DNA of 64,000 nucleotides from Alphaproteobacteria bacterium. GTDB taxonomy: Bacteria; Pseudomonadota; Alphaproteobacteria; Rs-D84; SZUA-605. The translations under genes and the position numbers were made by a program. This document shows, piece after piece, positions 1-9,332 of the stretch (the stretch's first letter is position 1; each line of letters opens with the position of its first letter). The stretch covers positions 288,001-352,000 of the forward strand of contig JAVBPW010000001.1 in the NCBI GenBank assembly GCA_031549385.1. The letters are read 5' to 3'. Below the pieces are notes generated by a model that saw nothing but the letters and a program-made list of their open reading frames with translations, was not told the DNA's origin and made no database searches.

Positions 1-100
1 GGATTGCAAATAACATTTTCGTGAAATTGCCCAAAATCGATGTATTATCTATACACCTTCGTCGGTCAATTTCACGAGAAATATCTTTGTTCATCTCATA
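1..100 (+). repeat. ERIC/RPE-like imperfect palindromic element, copy A (left end cut by window edge)
   Basis: Near-identical to 14150-14250; internal inverted repeat ttttcgtgaaattg...caatttcacgagaaa and central tgtat..ataca hairpin. Confidence 0.85.
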
Positions 101-166
101 TTATTAATTTTATAAAATATAATCCTAATTTAGGATTTTTGTTTTTATTAAGAATGATTTTAAAAG

Positions 167-240
<74 letters not shown>

Positions 241-360
241 AGTTGATTTTAGAAACGTTATAGTATTTTAACTACAAATCTTTTAATTGCAAGTTTTTTT
301 TCTTTTATTTTATTTTTTCTCGTGCTACGATAATTTAAATTTCGATTTAAGGAGAAGAAA

Positions 361-870
361 ATGAAAAAAATTTTATTACTTTTAGTAACTGCATTCTTTA
401 TGTTTCCAGCTCATGCTGTTAAGTTTGAATTATTCTATTCACCTACTTGTGGGCATTGTCATGAAGCTATGAAATTCTTGGATGCTTCTTTGAAAGCAGA
501 ATATCCTTCAGTTACTTTCGTTTATCATAATATCGCTAAATCACATGAATCTAATCTTTTAAAACATTATGCTGCTAAATTTAATCTTACTCAAGTTGGA
601 GTTCCTTTAGTGGTTGTTGGCGATGAATTTACCCAAGGATTTGGACCAGGAACTGCTCAAGATTATCGCAATATGTTGAATAAATATGTTACAGCAGGTG
701 AAACAAAAACTGTTGGAACTGCTGATTTAACTGTGCCTGAAGAGGTTGCTGTTGTTGCTACAGATGAAATACCAGATGTGAAAAGTAATAATACTTTATA
801 TTTCTTAGTATTGGTTGCTGTGGTTTGTGCTATTGTGTTCTTACCTAAATTAAGAAAGAAAAAGTCTTAG
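361..870 (+). CDS. Exported thioredoxin/glutaredoxin-fold protein with C-terminal membrane anchor
   Basis: SD AAGGAG; signal peptide (AHA|); FYSPTCGHC CxxC motif; GVP cis-Pro loop; C-terminal hydrophobic helix with basic tail. Confidence 0.8.
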   Translation: MKKILLLLVTAFFMFPAHAVKFELFYSPTCGHCHEAMKFLDASLKAEYPSVTFVYHNIAKSHESNLLKHYAAKFNLTQVGVPLVVVGDEFTQGFGPGTAQDYRNMLNKYVTAGETKTVGTADLTVPEEVAVVATDEIPDVKSNNTLYFLVLVAVVCAIVFLPKLRKKKS

Positions 871-991
871 GGTACGTTGAATTTTGGTTGCAAGCCAAAA
901 GGATTAAAAAAGTTCCACACAATCATGTATACCAATACACTCATGCGTGGAATTTTTTAATACTTCCGTTTTCACTCAAAATTGAACGACC
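871..991 (+). repeat. ERIC/RPE-like imperfect palindromic element, copy B
   Basis: Terminal IR ggtacgttgaattttg/caaaattgaacgacc, inner IR attaaaaaagttccac/gtggaattttttaat, central tgtat-acca-ataca; starts right after TAG stop. Confidence 0.8.
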
Positions 992-1009
992 AATGTTAAA
1001 TAATAAATT

Positions 1010-1035
1010 AAAGGGGGGGCAAAAGCTCCTTTTTT
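1010..1035. terminator. Intrinsic terminator, probably bidirectional
   Basis: aaagggggggc-aaaa-gctccttttt between convergent genes. Confidence 0.65.
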
Positions 1036-1147
1036 ATTTTGCTGGATAGGTGCGAGGATATAATGCATCTTTAGGGCGTTCTATTTTTCCTTGAAGACCG
1101 CATGCTGAAATTGAAATCAATAATAATAGTAATGTGAGTTTTTTCAT
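1034..1147 (-). CDS. Small lipoprotein (37 aa), LptM/YifL-like
   Basis: Hand translation MKKLTLLLLLISISACGLQGKIERPKDALYPRTYPAK; lipobox ISAC followed by CGxxGxI like the LptM CGxKGxL motif; below ORF-track cutoff. Confidence 0.7.
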   Translation of the reverse strand: MKKLTLLLLLISISACGLQGKIERPKDALYPRTYPAK

Positions 1148-1212
1148 AAATGTGATTATACAAGGTTAGTGTTTGTAGTCAAGAGGTGAAAAGGCAGTTT
1201 ATTATCATGATT

Positions 1213-1240
1213 AAAAAAGGTGCCACTTGGGCACTTTTTT
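1213..1240 (-). terminator. Terminator downstream of tRNA-Leu
   Basis: aaaaaaggtgcc-actt-gggcactttttt. Confidence 0.7.
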
Positions 1241-1242
1241 AA

Positions 1243-1328
1243 TGGTGGGAGTGGCCGGACTTGAACCGGCATGATCTTGCGATCGGCAGATTTTGAGTCT
1301 GCTGCGGCTACCATTTCACCACACTCCC
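1243..1328 (-). tRNA. tRNA-Leu(CAA)
   Basis: GGGAGTG...GCAGA-CT-CAA-AA-TCTGC, long variable arm GATCGCAAGATC, GGTTCAAGTCC, CACTCCCACCA. Confidence 0.96.
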
Positions 1329-1379
1329 TTTAATAATGGGTATAAGATATTATTAATTGTCTATTTTTTCAAGTGTTTT

Positions 1380-2819
1380 TTAAAAACTTTTTGCTATTAT
1401 TACAGTTTCTTTGTCTTCTAAAGGTAGGCAACGTCTTGTTATCTTATATGTTTCTTTTAATTCATCATACTTTTCTGATAAGGTTTCTTTATATGGAAGT
1501 TTGATGAATCCTTTGAAATCTTTTGCTAATAATTCTTTTGCTTCTTCAATAGTTTTTACTGTTTTTGTGCTATCCAAAGTTAAAGATTTATGTTTTTCAT
1601 AAATGTCTTTTTGCATTGTGTTAAGTACATCTCTTATTTCAGAAATAGATTTTAGGTTTATTTGTTTTTGAGAAGCTTTACCTAAATCACGTCTTGTGAT
1701 TGTTACAGAATCTTGTGATAATTCGTTTGCACCAATTTCTATTCTTATTGGAGCTCCTTTTTTAATCCATTTCCAAACTTTATCTGATGAACGCATGTCT
1801 GAGTTATCAAAAAGTACTCTTATGCCGGCATTTAATAAAGATTCTTTTACTTTTTCACAATATGCTGTTAAAGCTTTTGTATCCATATCTGATTTTATAA
1901 ATGGAATTATTACACATTCATATGGAGCTATTGCTGGTGGTAGGATTAATCCATCATCATCACTGTGGGCTACTATCATTGCTCCTATTAATCTTGATGA
2001 TACTCCCCATGAATTTGTCCATGCGAATTCTTCTTTACCTTCTTCACTTTGATATTTTATGTTGAATGATTTTGCAAAGTGTTGTCCTAAATTATGTGAA
2101 GTTCCACTTTGTGAAGATTTTCCATCTTGTGACATTGTTTCAAATGTATATGTGTTGTCTGCGCCTGCAAATCTTTCTTCTGGAGTTTTTTCTCCTGTAT
2201 ATGAAAATAAAGCAAGAGTGTCTTTTGCAAAGTTTTCATAAGTGCTTAGCATTTTTAATGCGTGCTTTAAGCATTCTTCTTTTGTTGCAAATGCACAATG
2301 GCCTTCTTGCCATAAGAATTCTGCTGTTCTTAAAAATATTCTTGGGCGCATTTCCCAACGGAATATGTTTGCCCATTGATTCAATAACATTGGTAAATCT
2401 CTGTATGAATTTACCCAACGTGACATTGCTTCACCAAATAATGTTTCTGATGTTGGTCGTAAAACATATGGTTCTGTTAACTCTGCAGTTTCGTCTACTG
2501 TTATTTTTCCATCAACTGCTTTTAAGCGATAGTGAGTTATTACTGCACTTTCTTTTGCAAAGCCTTCTACATGTTCTGCTTCTTTTTGGAAAAATGATAA
2601 TGGTATCATTGTTGGAAAATAGCAATTTTGTACACCCATACTTTTTATAATTGCATCAAATTGTTTTTGGATTAATTCCCAAATTGCATAACCGTATGGT
2701 TTTATTGTCATACAACCACGTACTGGTGAATTTTCAGCCAAGTCTGCTGCTGAAATTACATTTTGATACCATGCAGAGAAATCTTGCTCTCTTGTTGGTG
2801 TTATTGCTGTTTTTGCCAT
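1380..2819 (-). CDS. proS: Proline--tRNA ligase, archaeal/eukaryote-like type without INS editing domain
   Basis: DFSAWY, SPVRGC, LRPTSET, RWEMRPRIFLRTAEFLWQEGH, GTSHNLGQHFAK, SWGVSSRLIGA motifs. Confidence 0.97.
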   Translation of the reverse strand: MAKTAITPTREQDFSAWYQNVISAADLAENSPVRGCMTIKPYGYAIWELIQKQFDAIIKSMGVQNCYFPTMIPLSFFQKEAEHVEGFAKESAVITHYRLKAVDGKITVDETAELTEPYVLRPTSETLFGEAMSRWVNSYRDLPMLLNQWANIFRWEMRPRIFLRTAEFLWQEGHCAFATKEECLKHALKMLSTYENFAKDTLALFSYTGEKTPEERFAGADNTYTFETMSQDGKSSQSGTSHNLGQHFAKSFNIKYQSEEGKEEFAWTNSWGVSSRLIGAMIVAHSDDDGLILPPAIAPYECVIIPFIKSDMDTKALTAYCEKVKESLLNAGIRVLFDNSDMRSSDKVWKWIKKGAPIRIEIGANELSQDSVTITRRDLGKASQKQINLKSISEIRDVLNTMQKDIYEKHKSLTLDSTKTVKTIEEAKELLAKDFKGFIKLPYKETLSEKYDELKETYKITRRCLPLEDKETVIIAKSF

Positions 2820-2834
2820 TGTACTTTATCCTTC

Positions 2835-3077
2835 TTAAGCTGTTGGTTTGTTTTGTTGATTTGCTTCTCTTTTGACTATACGTCCTTTTGTTAAGTCATA
2901 GGGGGTCATTTCAACTTCTACATCATGTCCAACACCTACCCAAATTTTAAATCTTCGCATTTTTCCTGAGATGTGTGCGAGGATTGTATGTCCATTTTCT
3001 AATTTAACTTTGAACATTGCATTTGGTAAGGCTTCAATGATTTTTCCTTTGAAGGTTATTAAATTTTCTTTACTCAT
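2835..3077 (-). CDS. infA: Translation initiation factor IF-1
   Basis: [27 protein letters not shown]...[12 protein letters not shown]. Confidence 0.98.
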   Translation of the reverse strand: MSKENLITFKGKIIEALPNAMFKVKLENGHTILAHISGKMRRFKIWVGVGHDVEVEMTPYDLTKGRIVKREANQQNKPTA

Positions 3078-3156
3078 ATTTTTTTCTTGTCCTTTTGTAA
3101 AAAACTATTTACAATATGAAAGCAAATAATAAAGAGAAAATCAAGGAAAATTTGAA

Positions 3157-4287
3157 ATGTCATGTTATATAAACCCGTTTGAAGTTGATGATCAAACATT
3201 ACACACTTACATATCTCAACGAAGAATTAACATAGTTGATGACTTGTTATTTTTACTTCGTGAAAAATATGGTTTGTTTTGTGTTTACTCTTCTGCTGGA
3301 GTTGGGGCTACTTTTATGATTTCCCAAATCAGTAAGCTATTAAATGCTCATGAAAATGTTTTTTATTTAGATGGCAAAAAAATGAAGTCTGTTTTGGATC
3401 TTTTTAGAAAAGAATTTAAATTGAAAAAATATGATGGTGAAGAAGAAATAATTGATGTTTTAAAGAAAATGAATGTAAAAGGTAAGCATTCTGTTTTTAT
3501 TTTAGAACATTGTGAAAAATTTCCTGATGATGAATTTATTGCTTTGACTAATATTATTAAGGCTGTGCCTTTTGCTAAGGTTTTAATTTTTGGAAAAAAG
3601 AGAAGTGTTAAAATTTTAGCTCGTAATTTGAAAATGAAAGTTGTTTATAAAGCAAAATTAAAAGCATTTTCTTTTATAGAAAGCTACCGATATTTAGCTG
3701 AAAGATTTGGATGTATTATGCCATCAGCAAAACTTTCAAAAGTAGTACATAGAAAAGCTTTACTTTGGATTTCTTTTGTATGTCATGGAAAACCACAAAT
3801 ACTTAATAAGATTGCTGGAGAATCTTTGAATGAAGCAATTAGAAAAAATAGAATGCCTCTTCGATTTAGACAGGCGTTGATGACTACATTTAAATTTAGT
3901 TCCATTACTTTCCCATTCTTTCCTATTAATTGGGGAGTGGTGTTTGTATTGCTTGTATTTTTATTAATTGGATATTTGTTTTATCTTCCTATTTCTCGTT
4001 CTATTACTGAATTTAAAGAAGAAAAACTCAAAGAAAGAATCGAACAGGATATGAAGAAGCTAAGTATTGCTGAAGAAGTTGTGAAAGAAGATGAAAAACA
4101 AACAACTCCTGTTAAGCCTGCTCCTAAAAAACCTGCACCTAAACCAGAATTACAAGTTAATACAGAAAATACTGAATTACCAACACCTGAGGTTAAACCT
4201 GCACCAGCTCCAAAACCTAAACCAAAGCCAGCTGCTCCTAAAAAGGTGCCAAGTATTGATCCTGTTACTGGAGAAGTGTTGGAATAA
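3157..4287 (+). CDS. ExeA/GspA-like AAA+ domain protein with degenerate P-loop, TM helix and Pro-rich tail
   Basis: NPF start, GLFCVYSSAGVGAT (Walker A remnant), VFILEHCE (Walker B remnant), ESYRYLAERF and GKPQILNKIA match ExeA pattern. Confidence 0.55.
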   Translation: MSCYINPFEVDDQTLHTYISQRRINIVDDLLFLLREKYGLFCVYSSAGVGATFMISQISKLLNAHENVFYLDGKKMKSVLDLFRKEFKLKKYDGEEEIIDVLKKMNVKGKHSVFILEHCEKFPDDEFIALTNIIKAVPFAKVLIFGKKRSVKILARNLKMKVVYKAKLKAFSFIESYRYLAERFGCIMPSAKLSKVVHRKALLWISFVCHGKPQILNKIAGESLNEAIRKNRMPLRFRQALMTTFKFSSITFPFFPINWGVVFVLLVFLLIGYLFYLPISRSITEFKEEKLKERIEQDMKKLSIAEEVVKEDEKQTTPVKPAPKKPAPKPELQVNTENTELPTPEVKPAPAPKPKPKPAAPKKVPSIDPVTGEVLE

Positions 4288-6426
4288 TTAATCTTTTTCT
4301 AAGATTTCAACTTCGTGAAGCATTAAGTTTTTTATAACATTGCTGTCAAATAAAACTGTTACGGTGGTTTTATTTGATAGTAATACTTTTCCTACACCAT
4401 ATTCTGCATGAAAAACTAAGCGATTAGATAAATTGCTTCGAATCTCCGGCTTTTGAGTCCTTTTTTGTGTTTTGAAATATTTAAAAGTTTTATGCTCTGC
4501 TTGCTCTCTGTGAGAAAATAAAGAGATATCATCTTTTGGTAAATTTATTAAAAATATACTTGGGTTGCTTCCTTGTGTTTGTCCATATATAAAACGAGTT
4601 GAACAATGTGATATTATGCAATATTTTTTTGCTCTGGTTATTGCTACATAGGCTAATCTTCTTTCTTCTTCTAATCCACTTTCACCTTCTTCTTTTAGAG
4701 ATCTGTCTGATGGGAAAATTGTTTCTTCCCAAGATGGTAAGAATACTGTTTCAAATTCTAATCCTTTTGATGCATGCATTGTCATTATTGATACTTTGTC
4801 TGCTTCAATTGCATCATCACTGTCCATGATTAAAGAAATGTATTCTAAGAATTCTGGTATTGTTTCAAATTTATATTTCAAAACGTTTACAAGTTCTTTT
4901 AAATTTTCTATACGAGCGGGGGATTCTGGTTTTTTGTCTTCTTGTAGTGCTTTTAGGTATCCACTTTTTTCTATTAAATCTTTTGTTAGGTCACCTGCTG
5001 ACATTGATGATGTTTGATATTCTAAAATTAAGTTTATGAATATTATTAATTGTTGTTTTTGTTTTGCAGGAAATGTGTCTGAATCTAATAACATTCTTGT
5101 TATTTCAAATAATGACTTATTAGATCTGCTTGCAGCTTGATTTAGTTTTGATAGTACTGCATCGCCTAAACCTCTTTTAGGAGAATTTACTACACGTTCA
5201 AATGCTATGTTATCACTTGGATTTACTATTAATCTTAAATAACAAATTATGTCTTTGATTTCAGCTCGTTCATAGAACTTTGTTCCACCTACAATCTTGT
5301 ATGCTATTCCAGATTTTAAAAACCGGTCTTCAAAAATTCGTGTTAAAGATGTGGTTCTTACAAGTAGTGCTATTTCATTTAAATTATATCCTTTGTTTCT
5401 TAAATTTGAAATTGCATTAGCTATATAGTATGCCTCTGATTCATCATTTGAAAATGAATGAACTTCTACCTTATGAGCTTCTTCCTCTCTGTGTGGATAT
5501 AGTGTTTTTTGATGGCGGTTCTTATTGTTACTTATCAATGTTGACGCGCATGAAAGAATGTGTTTTGTTGAACGGTAATTAATTTCTAGTTTAATTATTT
5601 TTGAATTCTTAAAGTCATGTTCGAATCGAAGAATGTTTTCTATTTGTGCTCCACGCCATGAATATATTGATTGGTCATCGTCGCCCACTACACATAGATT
5701 TTTATATTTTGAACTTAATATTTTTAATAGTTCATATTGTGCTTTGTTTGTGTCTTGATATTCGTCTACTAGTACATATTTGAATTTGTCTTGGTATCTT
5801 TCTGCTATGTCTGGGAATTCTTTAAATAGTTTTAATGATAAAATTATTATGTCTCCAAAATCCACTGCGTTTAATGCTTTTAATCTTTCTTGGTATTTTG
5901 AATATATTTGTGAAAACTTTCCATTTGCAAAATCTGCATGTAAAAATGAAGCTTGTGGAGTGCCTGCATATATTAAATCATCTTTTAATCTTGAAATTAA
6001 TTCAACAGCATATCCTGGTGGGTTTTCTTTTATGTCTATATTATATTCTTGTAATATCTTTTTTAACAAAAGTTTTTGGTCAGATTCGTCAAAGACTATG
6101 AAGTTTGTGTCATAGCCTAATAGGTTTATATGAGAACGTAAAAACTTTAAGCAAATACTGTGAAATGTTCCTACCCACATTGTTTGTGCTATGTCACCAA
6201 CCATTTCATAAATTCTGCTTTTCATTTCATTACTTGCTTTGTTTGTAAAAGTAATGGCGAGTATTTCCCATGGAGAACATAAGTTTTGTGATATTATGTA
6301 AGCTATTCTGGTGGTTAATACTTTGGTTTTTCCTGTTCCTGCACCTGATAAAACTAATAATGGGCCGGAAGTTGTTGTTACGGCTTCATATTGGCTTTTA
6401 TTCAATTGTTGTAAGTAGTTTTCCAA
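4288..6426 (-). CDS. uvrD: UvrD/PcrA SF1 DNA helicase
   Basis: LSGAGTGKT, TFTNKA, DEYQDTN, VVGDDDQSIYSWRGA, NYRST, TMHASKGLEF, EERRLAYVAITRA. Confidence 0.96.
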   Translation of the reverse strand: MENYLQQLNKSQYEAVTTTSGPLLVLSGAGTGKTKVLTTRIAYIISQNLCSPWEILAITFTNKASNEMKSRIYEMVGDIAQTMWVGTFHSICLKFLRSHINLLGYDTNFIVFDESDQKLLLKKILQEYNIDIKENPPGYAVELISRLKDDLIYAGTPQASFLHADFANGKFSQIYSKYQERLKALNAVDFGDIIILSLKLFKEFPDIAERYQDKFKYVLVDEYQDTNKAQYELLKILSSKYKNLCVVGDDDQSIYSWRGAQIENILRFEHDFKNSKIIKLEINYRSTKHILSCASTLISNNKNRHQKTLYPHREEEAHKVEVHSFSNDESEAYYIANAISNLRNKGYNLNEIALLVRTTSLTRIFEDRFLKSGIAYKIVGGTKFYERAEIKDIICYLRLIVNPSDNIAFERVVNSPKRGLGDAVLSKLNQAASRSNKSLFEITRMLLDSDTFPAKQKQQLIIFINLILEYQTSSMSAGDLTKDLIEKSGYLKALQEDKKPESPARIENLKELVNVLKYKFETIPEFLEYISLIMDSDDAIEADKVSIMTMHASKGLEFETVFLPSWEETIFPSDRSLKEEGESGLEEERRLAYVAITRAKKYCIISHCSTRFIYGQTQGSNPSIFLINLPKDDISLFSHREQAEHKTFKYFKTQKRTQKPEIRSNLSNRLVFHAEYGVGKVLLSNKTTVTVLFDSNVIKNLMLHEVEILEKD

Positions 6427-6494
6427 AGTTTTCTCTTCAATTTTTTATACCTTTGTATTATAATTTATATATCGAAAAAGGAAAGGGAAAAATT

Positions 6495-6770
6495 ATGAGT
6501 TTGATTTTATATATTCTTTTAGCAGCAGTTAATATTTTTTATATTTTAGCTATTGTTAATTTGATATTAAATCTTTTAATTTATTTCAAATTTGTGGATT
6601 TGAATAATGCTTATATTAAAAAAGCTGATGATTTTATGGATGGATGTTTATATCGAATCTATTTTGAAATTAGAAAGCATGTGCCTCTTGTTGGTGGGGT
6701 TGATTTATCTCCATTGATTTTCATATTATTCTTATCTGCTTGTAGAAAGATTTTAATTTCTTTACTTTAA
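6495..6770 (+). CDS. YggT family membrane protein
   Basis: IRKHVPLVGGVDLSPLI signature; start moved to ATG 6495 after a purine-rich SD-like stretch. Confidence 0.85.
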   Translation: MSLILYILLAAVNIFYILAIVNLILNLLIYFKFVDLNNAYIKKADDFMDGCLYRIYFEIRKHVPLVGGVDLSPLIFILFLSACRKILISLL

Positions 6771-7466
6771 GTATTTTTCTGGATTTACTGGTTTTAGATT
6801 TTTTCTGATTTCAAAGTGAAGTTGTTCTTCTTTGAATTTTCCAGTGTGGCCTACGGTTGCTATTTCTTCGCCAGTTTTTACATGAGTACCTAGTCTTGTT
6901 TTAATTGTTGATAGATGTGCATAAATTGTTATGAAATCATAATCATGTTTTATAATGATTGTATTCCCCATACCTTTTATATCATTGTTGATGTATATTA
7001 CTGTGCCTGATTGAGAACTTAATACTTTCTTTGCTTTGGTTGGAACTATATTTATTCCGTCGTTATATAAACCATTTTCTTGTTTTCCATATGCAGAGAT
7101 TATTTTACCTTCTAATGGAACTGAGAATTTATAATCTTGTGGAGCAGGTTGTTTTATTAATGAGGTTATTGTTTTTTCTTTTATAGAATCTAATTCTTTT
7201 CCTGCTTCATCTTTAGCTGTTTCAATTACTTGATTCTTTAAACTTGTTTTTATTGATTCCAAAATACCATGTCTATCACAGGTGTTTAATTTATCGCCTA
7301 TCTTTAAAACATAATTTGATGGGAGATTGTTGCATGTTAGAAATTCATCAACAGTCATACTGTTTGCTTTTGATAGAGAATATAATGTATCTCCCTTTTT
7401 TACCAAAATATCGTGGGCAAAGAGGTTGGTGGTACATAGTAAACATAAAATTAAGACTTTCTTCAT
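6762..7466 (-). CDS. LysM + M23 peptidase-domain protein (NlpD-like)
   Basis: VKKGDTLYSLS LysM; NDGINI, YAHL, QLHFEIRK M23 motifs (degenerate first His as in NlpD). Confidence 0.88.
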   Translation of the reverse strand: MKKVLILCLLCTTNLFAHDILVKKGDTLYSLSKANSMTVDEFLTCNNLPSNYVLKIGDKLNTCDRHGILESIKTSLKNQVIETAKDEAGKELDSIKEKTITSLIKQPAPQDYKFSVPLEGKIISAYGKQENGLYNDGINIVPTKAKKVLSSQSGTVIYINNDIKGMGNTIIIKHDYDFITIYAHLSTIKTRLGTHVKTGEEIATVGHTGKFKEEQLHFEIRKNLKPVNPEKYLK

Positions 7467-7484
7467 GGTTTTTATTATATCACA

Positions 7485-8207
7485 TTATTTGTCTTTTATA
7501 AATAAAAGAGTTATTTCGTATAAAGCTATTAAAGGTATTGACATTAATAATTGTGACAATACGTCTGGTGGGGTTAGTATGGCTGCTATAAATACGGCTA
7601 GTACTATAAAATATCTTCTGAACTTTTTTAGTTTTGCTTTTGTTACTATTCCTAATTTTACTAATAACCATAGAACTATTGGAAGTTCAAAGGCAGCTCC
7701 GAATCCTAGTAATATCATTAAGAAAAATGAAAAGTATTCGTTTATATTCTGAAATAATGAAATTGTTATTTCTGGGGTTGATACTTGTGAGTTATAAGTT
7801 GTGAAGAATTCTATAACTATTGGCATTATTAGAAAATAACAAAATACTATACCACATAGAAATAAAAAAGGTGCCAAAAAAAGAATTGGAAATATGGAAT
7901 TCTTTTCATTCTTTTTTAATGCTGGTTTTACAAATGCCCAAGCTTGAATAATCAAAAATGGGATTGTTGCTATGAAGGCTAATTTCAGGCTGGTTGTTAT
8001 GAAGAACATAAATAGATCAGGGATATTTGTATATATCAAAGTTAAATCTGTGTTTACTTTTGATAAAGGCAAAAATAAAAATTCTAGAATTTGTGTTTTG
8101 AAAATGTAAGCTATTATAAAAGCTCCTAATAAGAATAAAAGAATATAAAGAACTCTTTTCCTTAATTCATCCAAATGTTGCATAAGAGTTTGTTTAGTCA
8201 TCTTCAT
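7485..8207 (-). CDS. tatC: Twin-arginine translocase subunit TatC
   Basis: HLDELRKR, QAWAFVKPAL, FELP, AAILTPPDVLSQ. Confidence 0.96.
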   Translation of the reverse strand: MKMTKQTLMQHLDELRKRVLYILLFLLGAFIIAYIFKTQILEFLFLPLSKVNTDLTLIYTNIPDLFMFFITTSLKLAFIATIPFLIIQAWAFVKPALKKNEKNSIFPILFLAPFLFLCGIVFCYFLIMPIVIEFFTTYNSQVSTPEITISLFQNINEYFSFFLMILLGFGAAFELPIVLWLLVKLGIVTKAKLKKFRRYFIVLAVFIAAILTPPDVLSQLLMSIPLIALYEITLLFIKDK

Positions 8208-8406
8208 TTTTTAATAACTCTTTCTTTATTTTTGATACTTCTTTTTTAATGTTTATATCTTCTTCAAATAAGGAAGATGTGAAGTTTTTAAACTTTCTTA
8301 ATAGAATCCCGGCATTTCGAGCCAAAAATTTCCAGTCTTTTGGTGATAGTATTACTAAACATACTATGAAGATTACAAATAATTCTAAGAAAGACATGTT
8401 GAACAT
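8194..8406 (-). CDS. tatB: Twin-arginine translocase subunit TatB
   Basis: MFNMSFLELFVI...LSPKD; immediately upstream of tatC. Confidence 0.8.
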   Translation of the reverse strand: MFNMSFLELFVIFIVCLVILSPKDWKFLARNAGILLRKFKNFTSSLFEEDINIKKEVSKIKKELLKNEDD

Positions 8407-8769
8407 TTAATTTGATAAATCCTTTTTAACTTTATCAGAACTTAATAGTTTTTCTATTCTGCCTACTTCATCCAATGTATTGTCATACAAGAATTTAATT
8501 TCTGGCATCTTTTTCATATCCATAATTTTAGTTAACTCAAATCGAAGAGTTTTATTTATCCTTTTTAATTCTTGTTGAATAGCTTTGTCGTCTTTTGAAT
8601 GTGTGTAGAAAACATTTGCTATTGAGAAGTCTGGATTTAATCTTACTTCTGTGATTGTGATTGATTTTAAATCTTTATCTAATAAGTAGTCATCCTTTAT
8701 CCAAAAGTTTGAAAGTTTTCTTTTAAATAATTCACTTGCTTGGATTTGGCGCTGGGTCATTTCTCTCAT
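8407..8769 (-). CDS. rbfA: Ribosome-binding factor A
   Basis: ITITEVRLNPDFSIANVFY, KMPEIKFLYD, RIEKLL. Confidence 0.9.
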   Translation of the reverse strand: MREMTQRQIQASELFKRKLSNFWIKDDYLLDKDLKSITITEVRLNPDFSIANVFYTHSKDDKAIQQELKRINKTLRFELTKIMDMKKMPEIKFLYDNTLDEVGRIEKLLSSDKVKKDLSN

Positions 8770-9158
8770 ATCTTTATTATATCTCCTACTTTAATATTGT
8801 GTTTATCGCAGAAGTTAGCATTTACTTCAAGTACATATCTGGCTTCCTTATCACATGTTATGCTTTTTTCTGATAATGGTGTTGTGTCTTTTGCTATGCA
8901 CAATATCTTGCCTTTAGAATCAGCAAAAATCATGTCTAATGGAAGATAAGTGTTTTTCATCCACATGGAAATGTATTGAGGAACAAAATAAAAAAGCATT
9001 CCACAATTTTCACACATTTCTTTTTGAAACATTAATCCCTTTGCTTGCTCTTCACGAGTTACGGCTTTGGTTATTCTAATTTCAGTGTCATTGATTTTGA
9101 CAGTATCAGAATCACATGCACATAAAATAAAAGGTAATATCATAAGTAATTTTTTCAT
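8766..9158 (-). CDS. DUF192 family lipoprotein
   Basis: AKGLMF, GMLF, MWMKNTYLPLDMIF, YVLEVNA; lipobox LCAC. Confidence 0.92.
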   Translation of the reverse strand: MKKLLMILPFILCACDSDTVKINDTEIRITKAVTREEQAKGLMFQKEMCENCGMLFYFVPQYISMWMKNTYLPLDMIFADSKGKILCIAKDTTPLSEKSITCDKEARYVLEVNANFCDKHNIKVGDIIKI

Positions 9159-9332
9159 GAGCAAATTATAGAATCTGTTATGATTTTAGTCAAGTTTTGA
9201 AATTAGAAATCCGCAGATGTTTTAGGTTTATATAATTTTTTGCGAAAAAAATTTGTCCAGAAATGAAAAAAACTTGCAATTTGGAAAAAAAAGTTGCAAT
9301 GTATTCTTAATTAATAAACAAAGGAGTTTAAT

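Noticed and set aside
6270-6494. N-terminal extension of the YggT ORF
   Set aside because: Overlaps uvrD antisense; the family match begins at ATG 6495
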